A stretch of DNA of 64,000 bases from Eledone cirrhosa (GCA_964016885.1 OZ024740.1:181040001-181104000); one strand, 5' to 3'; positions 24,168-36,430 are shown, numbered from the stretch's first letter. Numbers and translations: made by a program. Notes: generated from the sequence alone by a model not told the origin.

Positions 24168-27100
24168 TTGCATTTATCTTGCTTTATGTTTATACGAGTT
24201 ATCACCAAGTCACAACCAGTGACCTCAAGAGACAACAAGGTCCGCCATGTTCAAGAAAGAACACACATATTCACACATGCATCCTTAGTGTTTAGACTTG
24301 TGATGTACTTATATTGACAGGATCTTCCTTAGTATATGGGCAGTTCCCATTAGTACTATCTTTTGTATTTCTCCTATGCGCGGGTTTCCTGGGATTTGCG
24401 ATAAGTAGTCGTTAGACCCCTTAGGTATCATTCCCAGAGCGCCTACAACCACTGGTATTGTTTTAGTTCTCAATTTCCACATTTTTCCAATTTCTATCTC
24501 CAGGTCCTTATAGTTGCTCAATTTTTCAAATGTTTTTATAGATACATTCTTGTCTATTGGAACAGACATATCAATTAGCAGGCATACCCTCCTTTGAAAG
24601 TCCTTCAATATTATATCAGGTCTATTTGCATCTATTTTTCGGTCTGTTTGGATGCTAAAGTTCCACAAGATTGAGATGTGATCTTTTTCAATTATGGGAG
24701 GTGGTTGATGCTCCCACCAATTCTTCTGATGGGGCAGGTCAAAATGCTTACACATTATCCAATGTATGTATTGTGCAGCTCTGTCATGCCTGTTTAGGTA
24801 TTCGGTTGGAGCTATAGGACTGCACATTGAAATTATATGGTCAATGGTCTCTGGTTGTTTTTTGCATACACGGCATAATGGGCTGCACCCATTTTTTATT
24901 ATGTTGGCTTGGTAATTTTTTGTTGGCAGACACTGATCTTGTGCGGATATAATCAGTCCTTCAGTCTCCGATTTCAGTCCAGAGGATGCCAACCACTGAT
25001 GGGTTAAAGTTTTGTCAACATCAGGATTGTTAGCTCGCTCTGGGTATTTTCCATACAGAGGCTTTTCTTGCCAATTCTTAGCCAGTTTCTGTAGCAGTTC
25101 TTTCTTTGCAGTTACTTTTACCTGCTTTGCTTTTTCTGTGTTTTCCATTTCAGCAGTAAATGGGACTTCTGAAATTTGTAGTCCATTACTGTATCTTTGT
25201 GCATCTTTTGTAATGGAATATGATCTTTTGGTGCTTTCGTGTTTCAAAACGAGTTTGATCATCCAATCATGTGATTCCCTTAGATATGTGGATAATCCAA
25301 TTGTTGCAGTATTCAACGCAATGTCTAACTGGATTAACCCACGTCCTCCTTCTTTCCTAGGGAGATATATTCTATCTATGTCTGCCTTAGGGTGATGCAT
25401 TCTGTGCATGGTTAAGAATTTTCGGATTTTTGTATCGAGCCTACGGATCTCTGTGCTTGACCAGTTGATGACATTGTAACTGTAGGTTACTACTGGTATG
25501 GCAAGCGTGTTTATGGCATCGATCCTATTCCTTGCATTCAATTCCGTTCTTAAGATTGCTCTGACTCTGCGGTAACATTCCTTCCTTATCCTTTCCCTCA
25601 TTGTCGAGTGCTTGATTCCGTCTCCTTCACAAACACCTAGATATTTGTAAGTTTGTTCTTGATCAAGCTCTCTTATCACGTTCCCCCGATCAAGATTAAT
25701 GTCTGAACTCTTCAGCAGCTTTCCTCTGGTGAACGTTGCTTTGGCGCATTTATCCAGTCCAAACTCCATTTTAATATCATCACTGAACTGCTTCACAGTG
25801 GATAATAGCCCTTGCAATTGTTCATCATTTTTTGCAAATAGTTTCAGGTCATCCATGTAGAACAGGTGATTAATGGTTTTGTCATAGACTCTATATCCAT
25901 GTTTTGTTTCATTGAGCATTTTACTTAATGGTATAAGTGCGATGCAGAATAAAAGCGTTGATAAAGAGTCACCCTGAAAAATTCCACAATTAATGTTAAC
26001 TTCTCCAGCTTCCAGTGATTTTGTTTCACTATTCAAAAGGAGTGTCGTTCTCCATGTCCTCATACTGAATGACAAAAACCTCCTGACAACGGGGGATATT
26101 TTGAAAATCTCTAAACATTTTTCAATCCAACTGTGTGGCAAACTATCAAATGCTTTTTTATAATCTATCCAAGCAATCGATAGATTTTTGTGTCTATTAT
26201 GACGATCTTCCAGTATCATTTTGTTAACCAGAAGCTGATCCTTACAGCCATATGAGCCTCGTTTACACCCTTTCTGCTCAATGGGAAATAGGTCATTTGT
26301 TATCAGGTGGTCATATGTGTATTCAGTTAGGACTGATGTTAAAATGTTATACATTGTGGTCAAGCAGGTTATCGGTCTGTAATTTTTGGGATTGTTTGTC
26401 TCATCATTCTTCGGTAGCAGGAATGTAATGCCGTTAACTAGCCATGATGGTATCTTTTCTGGCTCCTTAACTATTTCATTGTAAAGTTGGGCTAACAGCT
26501 CATGAGACTCTGTGAAGGCATTTATCCAAAAGTTTTGTATTTTGTCTTTTCCTGGGGATTTCCATTTGCTGTTTTTTCTTAGAGCCAAGCGCAGCTGTTC
26601 AACTGTTATATTTTCCCATGTTTGTTCTTCAAGGTGAGCTGTTTCTTTCATTTGTCTGTCTATCCATGGGGCATGTATGTTATGAACTTTTTCTTCGGCA
26701 CAGATCTTTTCCCAGAATTCTTGCACTTCCTCCTTGGGTGGTATTGATTTAGCAGTTATTGTTGACTTACCAATTTTTCTGTAGAAGTTTCTTTGGTTGT
26801 TTTTGAACATATTATTGTCCTTATAGAATCTAGATCGTTTTTCAAAGCGCCTTATACGAGCAGCTTTGGTCGACACTTTTTGCTTGATTGTTTCTATCAA
26901 CATGTCTATGTCACATGTTGATCTTATACTGTACTTTTTTTTCAATTTTCTAAGTTTAGTTTGTTTAACATGTTCACCTACTTTATAGTTTGTTAAAATT
27001 TCTATGTCAGATCGGAGAAGGTTTATTTGGCGATTGATGTTATCTTGCCAAGTAGATTTCTTGTGGGAATTCCTTTGTTTTTTCATCTTCACTCCACATA

Positions 27101-29035
27101 AGTGAGTGGTGACTTTAGCCGATGCATAATAGAGATGATTTAAGTCAGTAATGTTTAGTTTGTTTGTGAATCTAATGTTTTTGAGAATTATGTTAGTCTT
27201 GTGTATTATCTGTTGGTTCTGTTTGGAGTTCTGGATCTTAGGGAGGGTGTCTCGTTCCCCCATGTCAGATTCTTTCATTTTCATCCATTCGATCATAATT
27301 TCATCCTTCAAGTTGGCAAGTTCATTCTCATTCATTTCTTTATCATTTACGATCTCATTATTTTCATTTGGAGTTTCATCCTGAGCATGCACTCCCTCCA
27401 CCTTTTCGCTCCTTTCTTTAATTTGTTCTGTTGCCAGTGATTCCGCCCCAACTCTGGGATTCGAAGTGTTACAGTTTACCTCGTTTTCACTGACACATGC
27501 TTCATTTTCCCTTCGCTGACTTTGTGCTACTAGCTTGATCTGATCAATTTCTATATCAGTTAGTAACTTTTTTCTTACAATATTTCTTCGTATATTGGCT
27601 AGTTTGTTACTGTCAATATAGCCTCTGTTTTCGGGATGTTTCTTTTTCCAGTTGATATATGTTTGCTCTGTATTCGATGTATTTGATGGGTAGTACATGG
27701 CAGTGTAGAAAGCCTCAAGGACTTCTTTATTATCTTCCCTTGACCATTTTTCTCTCTTTTTCTTTGGATTTCTTGGTGGTGAGCATGGAGGGCCAACAGT
27801 AGGAGTATTCCGGTTATGGGAGGTCTCCAGCTCCGGAGTGATGGGAAGGTTTGAACCATTAGCTGATTTTTCGACCCCAGTCTGGTTCCTCTCTGAGGGA
27901 CGCGGCCCTTTTTTACCCGGGTGACGGCCGATCCGGTATGAGATTTCATCATTAGACATCTACTTTATTTTGTCGCGTTTTATCCTTATCCGCCAAGGGG
28001 TAATCTTTTCGTGTTACCACTTCTAGAACGAGTGTCAACCAAGACTAGAGGGGTCGTTCTCCCCTAGAGACATGGCTATTCCCCGCCGGCCGCCATCCCG
28101 GTATTTCTTGGTCACGGGGTTTTCTTTTTTTTTTTTTTTTTTTTTTTAAATTGTTATTATCATGAGTGGTTCCTTAATGTGAGCATTGCGTGGCTTAAGA
28201 ATGAAATTATTAATAATTGTCTCCACTCCAGGCACAAGGCCAGCAATCACCCAGTGCATTACAATAATATAATATACTTTTTGTTGTAGTTGGCTGTTAT
28301 TGCTGCTGGCTATGTCGGTGGTGGTGCCGGGGCTTTTTATATTGTTGGTGAGGAAGGGGTGAGCCAGCAGTCCCATAATTGTTGATGTAGACGTTTGTCC
28401 GTGGCAAGGTCACCAAGTCAATCTATTTATATCTTTTGCTAGCCTCTCTCTTGTCTAGTGCTACCACCACCTTCCCTTTTCTCTCTCAAGTTAACAGGGG
28501 AATAGTGTCAGTAGCATTGAATGAGTGGTGGCGGCGATGATGGATGTGGTGGGGTGGTGGCAGCGGTGGTGTTGTGGTTACTGATATAGTATCTATGAGT
28601 TTGTGTTCGTATGTTTAATATATATTTTCATTATATTTTGTGTTGACATATTCCCGTAAAATTTGAATTAAACATTTTTTAAAATTTGAGACAATAATAA
28701 TAGTAATTATTATTATGATGCCGGTGAAGTTGCCGTTATATTTAGTGTGATGGGATAGGTAGTGTATCAAGTTTCTGGTGTTGGTGAAATTGAAATTGCC
28801 GCTGTTCTATATAGTGTAGACAGAGGGTGTTTTGTTCCATTTATAACCATTTTCTTTTTTTGAATACAAAATATATAATACAAAATTGAATATTTGAGCG
28901 ATACAACAATATAATATGGATCCGAAACTTTATGGGACCTCATTCGGTGCCTTTATGCAACATTTGTGCTAAGAATTGTTCTTTCACAATTGATTTAAAT
29001 ATGTTAAAAATCAAAAAACTTACGGGAGCAATTTC

Positions 29036-29036
<1 letters not shown>
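24168..29036 (-). mobile_element. Dong family B, near full-length copy with intact ORF
   Basis: (TAA)n at 24142-24167 and 29037-29125. ~1.08-kb 5' region and 141-nt 3' UTR. Confidence 0.95.
24309..27959 (-). CDS. R4/Dong-type protein: Myb-like domain, reverse transcriptase, CCHC zinc knuckle, restriction-like endonuclease (1216 aa)
   Basis: REKWSREDNKEVLEAFY, KWKSPGKDKIQNFW, NYRPITCL, WIDYKKAFDS, GIFQGDSLS, LFYMDDLK, CRVCKKQPETIDHIISMC, NRPDIILKD..LIDMSVP..EKLSNYKDL. Confidence 0.95.
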   Translation of the reverse strand: MSNDEISYRIGRHPGKKGPRPSERNQTGVEKSANGSNLPITPELETSHNRNTPTVGPPCSPPRNPKKKREKWSREDNKEVLEAFYTAMYYPSNTSNTEQTYINWKKKHPENRGYIDSNKLANIRRNIVRKKLLTDIEIDQIKLVAQSQRRENEACVSENEVNCNTSNPRVGAESLATEQIKERSEKVEGVHAQDETPNENNEIVNDKEMNENELANLKDEIMIEWMKMKESDMGERDTLPKIQNSKQNQQIIHKTNIILKNIRFTNKLNITDLNHLYYASAKVTTHLCGVKMKKQRNSHKKSTWQDNINRQINLLRSDIEILTNYKVGEHVKQTKLRKLKKKYSIRSTCDIDMLIETIKQKVSTKAARIRRFEKRSRFYKDNNMFKNNQRNFYRKIGKSTITAKSIPPKEEVQEFWEKICAEEKVHNIHAPWIDRQMKETAHLEEQTWENITVEQLRLALRKNSKWKSPGKDKIQNFWINAFTESHELLAQLYNEIVKEPEKIPSWLVNGITFLLPKNDETNNPKNYRPITCLTTMYNILTSVLTEYTYDHLITNDLFPIEQKGCKRGSYGCKDQLLVNKMILEDRHNRHKNLSIAWIDYKKAFDSLPHSWIEKCLEIFKISPVVRRFLSFSMRTWRTTLLLNSETKSLEAGEVNINCGIFQGDSLSTLLFCIALIPLSKMLNETKHGYRVYDKTINHLFYMDDLKLFAKNDEQLQGLLSTVKQFSDDIKMEFGLDKCAKATFTRGKLLKSSDINLDRGNVIRELDQEQTYKYLGVCEGDGIKHSTMRERIRKECYRRVRAILRTELNARNRIDAINTLAIPVVTYSYNVINWSSTEIRRLDTKIRKFLTMHRMHHPKADIDRIYLPRKEGGRGLIQLDIALNTATIGLSTYLRESHDWMIKLVLKHESTKRSYSITKDAQRYSNGLQISEVPFTAEMENTEKAKQVKVTAKKELLQKLAKNWQEKPLYGKYPERANNPDVDKTLTHQWLASSGLKSETEGLIISAQDQCLPTKNYQANIIKNGCSPLCRVCKKQPETIDHIISMCSPIAPTEYLNRHDRAAQYIHWIMCKHFDLPHQKNWWEHQPPPIIEKDHISILWNFSIQTDRKIDANRPDIILKDFQRRVCLLIDMSVPIDKNVSIKTFEKLSNYKDLEIEIGKMWKLRTKTIPVVVGALGMIPKGSNDYLSQIPGNPRIGEIQKIVLMGTAHILRKILSI

Positions 29037-29125
<89 letters not shown>

Positions 29126-29126
<1 letters not shown>

Positions 29127-29215
29127 GCCAACTTATTCCCGAGAGGAATGTTGTGGCAGAGTCTTCAAACACTCCTTCCAGGAGGTCCTGTCATAAGCAT
29201 CTAGGTATCTTGCCT
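29126..29215 (-). mobile_element. Short RTE-like 3' end running into (TAA)n
   Basis: Minus strand reads DAYDRTSWKECLKTL..stop, resembling the RTE C-terminal A.DR..W motif, directly followed by (TAA)n. Confidence 0.4.
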
Positions 29216-29715
29216 TTTGGTTTTGCTCAAATATCTGTCCAGCGAATCTTTCCTGAGACATTCTAACCACATTCCCAGATTATCGGAGTTGTGATCTCTC
29301 AATTCGGAAAAGTTGCAACTTTACCCGGAGTGAATCTCTGACCTCCTTGCTACGAACTCTATTGAGTAACCTTACTCTAAAGACCCTTCGGGGAACTCTA
29401 TGTCGGACGCTTGTATTTGCGATAGTATTATCTCGGGCACTTTGAACTTGAACGTGCTTTTAACATGTACATTAAAGCCGGCTTGCGTCAACCGAGAAGG
29501 TTTGCAATAGCATTTTGACTAGGTATATTTGATTCGGTTATACATCTTTATGTTTTGAGAGTACGTAAGTAGGGAAGTATTTTTCTTTTACAATCTCTAC
29601 CATATTGTAGTCTGAATTACCGTAGAAAGGCACAAACTACGAGGGGAATCATTCTAATGTTTTCATTAAAACCCTTTTACTGCCTTATTTAAATGGTAAC
29701 ATTTACTTAAATAAT

Positions 29716-29905
29716 TTTTTTCTACTTTTGGCACAAGGCCAGCAATCATCCCAGTGTATTACTGGTACTTTATTTTATCGACCCCGTAAGGATGAAATAC
29801 AAAGTTAACCTCGGCGGGATTTCAATTCAGACCATAACTCAGACCGTAACTCTTTGCTGCAAAGCATGGCGTCTGACCCTTTACCGATACTGACAGACCA
29901 CCGCG
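29716..29905 (-). mobile_element. tRNA-head SINE with 16-bp TSD
   Basis: Same family as 60777-60958. TSD CATTTACTTAAATAAT at 29700-29715 and 29906-29921. Confidence 0.9.
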
Positions 29906-30272
29906 CATTTACTTAAATAATGTTTGTCAATACATTTTGTAAAGGAGAATTTTAGAGTGCGTGGTTATCACCAATCAATAGGCAATATACGACATAGAAG
30001 TCTGCATCAAAATATCATATAATAATAATCATTATTTAAATTGTGCATAATATATTTCTTTTTAACAATTTCACTTTTATTGATTTCTTTCAAACATGAT
30101 ATAACTGATCTTTGTGCAATGTTTGGATATTGCGTCAATTGTGTCAATTCTGTAAAATAAAATTTATAATTAAAATCGTTCTTGATAAAAATGTCTTTGT
30201 ACACACAAACATATACACTTATTTCAACAGACAACACACACACACATATATATATATATAAATATTTTTATA

Positions 30273-30315
<43 letters not shown>

Positions 30316-30317
30316 GA

Positions 30318-31845
30318 GGAACTATATACAGGGATCCCGGACGATGAACTATATACAGAGATCCCGGACATGACTGCAGCCCAGATCGAAAAACTCCATC
30401 TGGTTCGACATATGTAGGAGAAGACAACTCCCAAATAAAGTTAAGCTCAACTACACCACTAGAAATAGCAGACTCCCGACTTTCTACCACCTCATCAAGA
30501 CCCACAAGAATAGTACTAAGACACAAATAAGACCCATCGTCTCTAGAATAGAAGGACCCCATACAAAATTTCCTGGCTCCTCTCCCAGGTCCTCAAGCCT
30601 CTACTCTCCACCTTTCCCGGGCATGTCAGTAGCTCCGACGAAGTCATACGTAGACTACACCAAATCCAGCAGAACAACTTAAACTAAACAGATACGCCTT
30701 TAGCCTCGACGTTCTCTCCCTCTACACTACAGTCCTCGCTCATCCAGATGTCAATATATTGACGGACTGCGTGGTCGCAGAGGACATCCACTGCTACGGC
30801 CTCCATCCGACGGACATACACCAGCTTTTGTCCTTCACAGTGGACAACACGCACTTCACCTTCCACCACCACACATACAGACAGACAACAGGATTACCCA
30901 TGGGATCCAGCCTATCGGGCCTGCTGGCCATCACCTGGATGAACCAGCTAGAATGCCGAGCCCTCAACACCTGCCATTCCCATACTTTCTTCACCCGATA
31001 TGTAGATTACATACACATCCTTACATTATCCCGTGAGGAGGCGGATAAAATATACACTACATTCTCTAGCATGGACGTCAGTACACAGTTCTCCATGGAA
31101 CACCCCGATGACCGCGGATCCCTATCCCTACTGGACTTCCAACTCAGGGTAACAGAGGAAGGCAACTTCCACACCTACTTCTATAAAAAATCCGCCGGCA
31201 GGGACCTGTTCGTACATTTCAGATCGGCCCTCCCAGTCGGCGTTAAGTTCGGATACATAAGGAACGAACTACACGTATGCAGAACAAATGCACCAACGCT
31301 AGAGACCGAGACACACACACCACACATTTCCTGGAAGTACTCAAACTGAACGGATACACGACATCCACCACAAACCGTGCCAGAAAGAACAGAGGACACC
31401 ACACCTGAGGCACTAACACTTGCTTCCTGAAGCTCCCACACTTCAGTGACGAAACAACAACAGCCATCCGCAGAACTATCAAACGAGAGGGCCTAGATAT
31501 CCAACTGACCCACTCAGTTCCTTCTCTACGCGAACAGCTAACCAAAAGACACTCCACCAGACATGACAACTGTTGCAGGCTAGCCAACTGCCCCATCAAG
31601 GACACAGACCTATGCCACCAGGCTTATATCGTATACAGACTAGAGTGCGACAAATGCAGCAACTTCTACGTAGGTAGCACCACCAGACCACTCCACATAA
31701 GAATAAAAGAACACCTCAATACTAACGCTTCCTCATTTAAGAAACACCTAGTTAAAGGCAAAAACACCGACAAAACCATAACAGTTAGGATAGAGACTTA
31801 GGAAAAAAACCTCGGCAATCTTAGAATTAAGGAAGCACTAATTTC
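30318..31845 (+). mobile_element. 5'-truncated Penelope/Poseidon-like PLE related to 2688-6086
   Basis: YKISWLL, TDIHQLLS..DNT.F, GLPMGSSLSGLLAI, RYVD, LECDKCSNFYVGSTTRPLHIRIKEH, IKEAL. Starts just after (TA)n with a 27-nt-period duplication (30318-30369). Confidence 0.88.
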
Positions 31846-31939
31846 AGTTAGAATCGGAAGCACTGACATGTCAGTTAGAATCGTCGAACTTTACGAAATT
31901 TAGGGTAATGGAATAATTATATTGTGTTGTATATTACAC

Positions 31940-31995
<56 letters not shown>

Positions 31996-32466
31996 GTAGG
32001 CATAAACTTGTATTGAATTCATGGACGCATGGACACATGCTGACGCACTCCTAGCCCACCTATTTTCCGTGTATAGCACGATAATTACATATCACAAGTT
32101 GGTATATACGACTATTCCTAGGTGGATGCATAACGCTACTTGCCAGTTAATGAACAACTAACTAGCTGTAACACACCTCTTCGTGTTTACAAAGAGAATA
32201 AAGAGAGTAATTAAACATTTTCTCTTTACACAGCAAGGCCTTTAACTAAATATATAAGATTGTTTTTCTAACAGTTATAATATAATATGTTATATTACGT
32301 ATTTTGATGGCGATAAATACTCATCGCTTGATCAATGTAGTTACGAAGAAAAACTGCGAGTAACAACAATTAATTTAGGAGCTAATAACGAATACGTTAA
32401 TCCATATAATCAAATTGAGTATGAATTCTTACAAATATCAATATTAAGAATTATCACACACGCGCA

Positions 32467-32507
<41 letters not shown>

Positions 32508-32512
<5 letters not shown>

Positions 32513-34498
32513 AAAAGAGAAAACACAGGTAAGCATTAAAAAAAGGATTTTATCCATGTATTTACGACCGTTTCATTGGTAAGTGCAACCTTATATTGTT
32601 ATACTGCAACTAGCAGCCACTCAATAATAATTGTTGTTCACCTCCAAACTTTCAAAATAATGAATAAGTTACTCGTAAAAGGTTCTTAATATATAAAAAA
32701 ACATTTTTGGGGAATTGTATTTACTAGTATAGAGAGAGAGGAAGAGGAATTAGAAGGTGAGGGGACAAACGGAATAGTATAGAGAGAGAGGAAGGGGGAG
32801 AATAATTAGGAAGTAGAGTGACAAACGGAGTAGTATATAGAGAGAGGAAAAATTAGGAAGAGGAGTGACACATGGAATAGTATAGAGAGAGAGATGAAGG
32901 GAAGAAGTGTGACAAACGGAGATGGAGGGAAGGGTAAAGGTGGAAGGATTCTCGATCAGTTTTAATTCGTAGACTTAATGTCGTCAATTTACAGTGTAGG
33001 GACTTAAAGAGAATTAAATTGTTTATAGTCGGAGGGAGAGAGAGAGATAGAGAGAAATATATATATAAATAAAAATAAAGGAAGGGGGGGGGGGATAAAA
33101 AAGAAAAGAATAGTAAAGAAAGATAGCAAAAAAGGGAGAGAAGAAAAGAAGAAAACGAAAAAAGAAAAAAGAAATGAAGGAGGAGGGATGGACATAGGTA
33201 TTGGTTATTGTGGGTAATTAAAAGGGTTAGATTCAATAAGAGGGTAGAAAGTTTAAGTATATGCAGTTTGTCACGTGGTAGTAAGATGGTAAGGGTTCGA
33301 TTTGTACTTGTAGTGCGATCATTTTTCTTTGAATCTACGGTTACAATGAATTAATCTTTCGATTTTATTATTGAGTAACTTATTCTTCGAACTGAAAATG
33401 TGGAACAGTTCAAGGTCATATAACCGACAGCTTCTCAGACCACTCCGATATGGGGGCGCATCGATAATTGTTTCCACTTAAGAGTGTATTGATGGTTACT
33501 TTCCCTCAGTTGCCATGTCTTGTTCGCAAGGATAGTTACATAACGATGCTGTTTCATTGCGTAACGGTGTGTATACCAACGAGCTTTAAATGTATTCCCA
33601 GTTGTTCCGATGTAATACCATTTATGGTTGTCTGATTCTACTGTGCATTGGTAAACCAGGTTAGACAGCATACATTCATTATGCAATGGACAGGTTTCAG
33701 GTAGATGGCAATTACAATTCTTGTCATGGGCGACTTTGTCATTATTGGTGGGCTGCGATGCCCAAACAAGTGTGTTACATTTTGTTTGCCTTCTAGTGGG
33801 TGGTTGTGTATTAGATATTCTGTTGTGGTCGATGGTAATTGTATTGTTATAGTTATAAATGTGTATTCCGGTGTTGTTAGGTATCTTTTTAGCGTTAAGC
33901 ATCTTAATGTGTGCCTCTAAGTTTGTTGCAGTGGAGAATGATAGTCTAATAGATTTAGTGTTAAGGATTTTGCTGTATCTATGTGAATCTGGAAAGCGTT
34001 TATTTATTATTCTAAAGAAGTTAGAGGGTAGGTTGGTACTAATAGAGGTGTTAAATATGGGGTTATACGAAATATATTTTCTGCTGCGTGACCTGTTTGC
34101 TTTTGATGGTGTATTTCTATTTTCAGTATAATTTGTAGTTCTATGCGTAAATGCGTGTGTGCGTGTGTTTCTGGAGTTTGTGTTATGCCTGTTCGTGTGT
34201 GCTTTGCGGAGGCTTTCATCTATATATTCTACTCTATCTTTTTATATATTAAGAACCTTTTATGAGTAACTTATTCATTATTTTGAAAATTTGGAGGAGA
34301 ACAACAATTATTATTGAGCGATATAAGGTTGCACTTACCAATGAAACGGTCGTAAATACCTGGAGAACATCCTGTTTTTAATGCTTACCTGTGTTTTCTC
34401 TTTTATTCTTTATACCCCAGGATTGAAGGCGATTCTTACAAATTTGTGGAGTTACCCCTAACCGTACGTTGAATCCGTCAATGTTCTGCTTCCCTAAC
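32508..34498 (-). mobile_element. 5'-truncated PLE (Nematis-like GIY-YIG) with inverted pLTR
   Basis: CNCHLPETCPL..C..SNLVYQC..YYIGTTGNTFKARWYTH (33435-33902). 32508-32700 is the reverse complement of 34239-34409. (TA)n flanks. Clade assignment is from motif recall. Confidence 0.8.
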
Positions 34499-34639
34499 TA
34501 TATATATATATATATATATATGGCATAACAAATTATTGTTATAGGTAATCTAGTTAGAGTTTGTGAGTACTCTGTACTATGGATAGTTTCAATGTACGGC
34601 GTTGTTTGACTCAACAAGATGTTTCACAGTTAGGCAGCG

Positions 34640-36430
34640 AGTTCGCGTGAGAAATTGAAGAATAACCTAGTCAGCTGTACACAAAAAGGTTTTATTTACA
34701 GTATTAACAATTATTTATTTACAATTACAGTTCGCGTGAGAAATTGAAGAATAACCTGGTCAGCTGTACACAAAAGGTTTTATTTACAGTATTAACAATT
34801 ATTTATTTACAGTATTAACAATTGTTTATTTAAGCTAATTGAAAAATACTTCCCTAAACTACACAAATAGCATAACATTTTTAACAGAAAAACTATCAAA
34901 CTGTCTTAGTCTACTGCAGCCAACATAGAATCACACATACATAAAATCAACTATAGAAGAATCCCTAATGAAAATAACTTACCAACATACACCATAGCAC
35001 CAAATACAAAACGCAAACACATAACAACATCACAACCATAAACACTTCAGAACACATCACAACAAAACATCAACAAACCTAAATCTCAGCCCATACATAA
35101 CAACATACTAAAACCGCAAGGGAGAACCTGCACACAGGAAAGCATCCAAATGTAACTGCCACTTACCGGATAAGTACCACTACAAAATAAATGCCTGTAA
35201 TCAAGTATAGTGTACCTGTGTACTATCAATTCGGGCAATTTAGCATGGCACTACACAGGTTCTACAGCTGAGAAATTCAAAAAAGGATGGTATGTTCACA
35301 GACATTCTATGAAGAACTATAGACAAGGTAACACAACAACACTGGCCAATAAAATCTGGCAGCTTGAGGACACAAACCAAGAGTACGAGATTAGCTGGTC
35401 GAAATTGTCGAAAATATACGCCAGGTTCGATATGAAGTTAAATTATTTAGATAAAAGACGAGGAAATGTTTAGAACTGAATAAAACCTTTTTTTAAAATA
35501 AAAATACTAAATAGCTGAAAATTAACCAGGCCTACAGTAATTGAATTTCAACACTGCGGTCTTTACAATATGGAACTGTTCCATATATTAAAGTATGATA
35601 AAATGCTGCTTAATAGCAAAATAGAACGGTCAATTTTCTGTAGGCACAAATCAGCTACTAAATTCGCAAATTTCAAACCAACATGATTTGATCCAGCATT
35701 CCCATAATTCCAGCTGAACCACCCGGAGTCTATTATAACTGCACATCACCCCACTATTATTAGCTGTCAACTGACCAACTAATCACTTAATCAACATCAT
35801 AAATCTCCTAACCTTCCTCTCACTCTCTCTCCCTAAAGCTATTTCACCCCCACTTTCTGTATCCTATCCTATATCTCTCCCCTTTTCACTTAATTTCTAA
35901 TTTGTTATTTTTATCTTTTATCTGTTATTTGTTATTATATTCTTTCTTCCTATTCTAACCCTCTGAAATTTAACCACTAGATATGTATATATTTAATATT
36001 TATTTTCATATTAATAGTATTTATACCCTCATGATATCTTTATACTTACTCACCACTATAAATTTAACCATCACCATCACTATTATCAAAAATCGTATTA
36101 TGTTCATATTTTTTCACCTATATATTGTGTATACTTATTTTTATCATCTTCATTCTAACTTCTTTATTATAATATTTTTCTTTTTCTCTTTTTCTTTTAT
36201 TTTATTATTGATGTTGTTGTTCGGATTCTCCGTTGTATCAATAAATTCAAACATCGCGTGTAAGTTATTTAGTATTCCGATGATTTGATCAGGTAAACAC
36301 TGTATTTAAGGTCGAGTGGCACAACCACGAGTGATTAGCGGACTTTGGACATACCTAATCAATGAAACAATTGTTAATACTGTAAATAAATCCCTTTTTT
36401 TACAGCTGAACATGTTATTCTTCAAAATTT

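Noticed and set aside
20354-25395. Duplicated 127-aa plus-strand ORFs (20354, 25012) and other antisense ORFs
   Set aside because: These are antisense shadows of the Dong coding sequence; their conservation reflects copy identity.
32555-32625. HHR in the pLTR of the 32508-34498 element
   Set aside because: A GAAACGGTC half-site is present (minus strand; plus at ~34343) but no CTGANGA core or stem II can be assigned.
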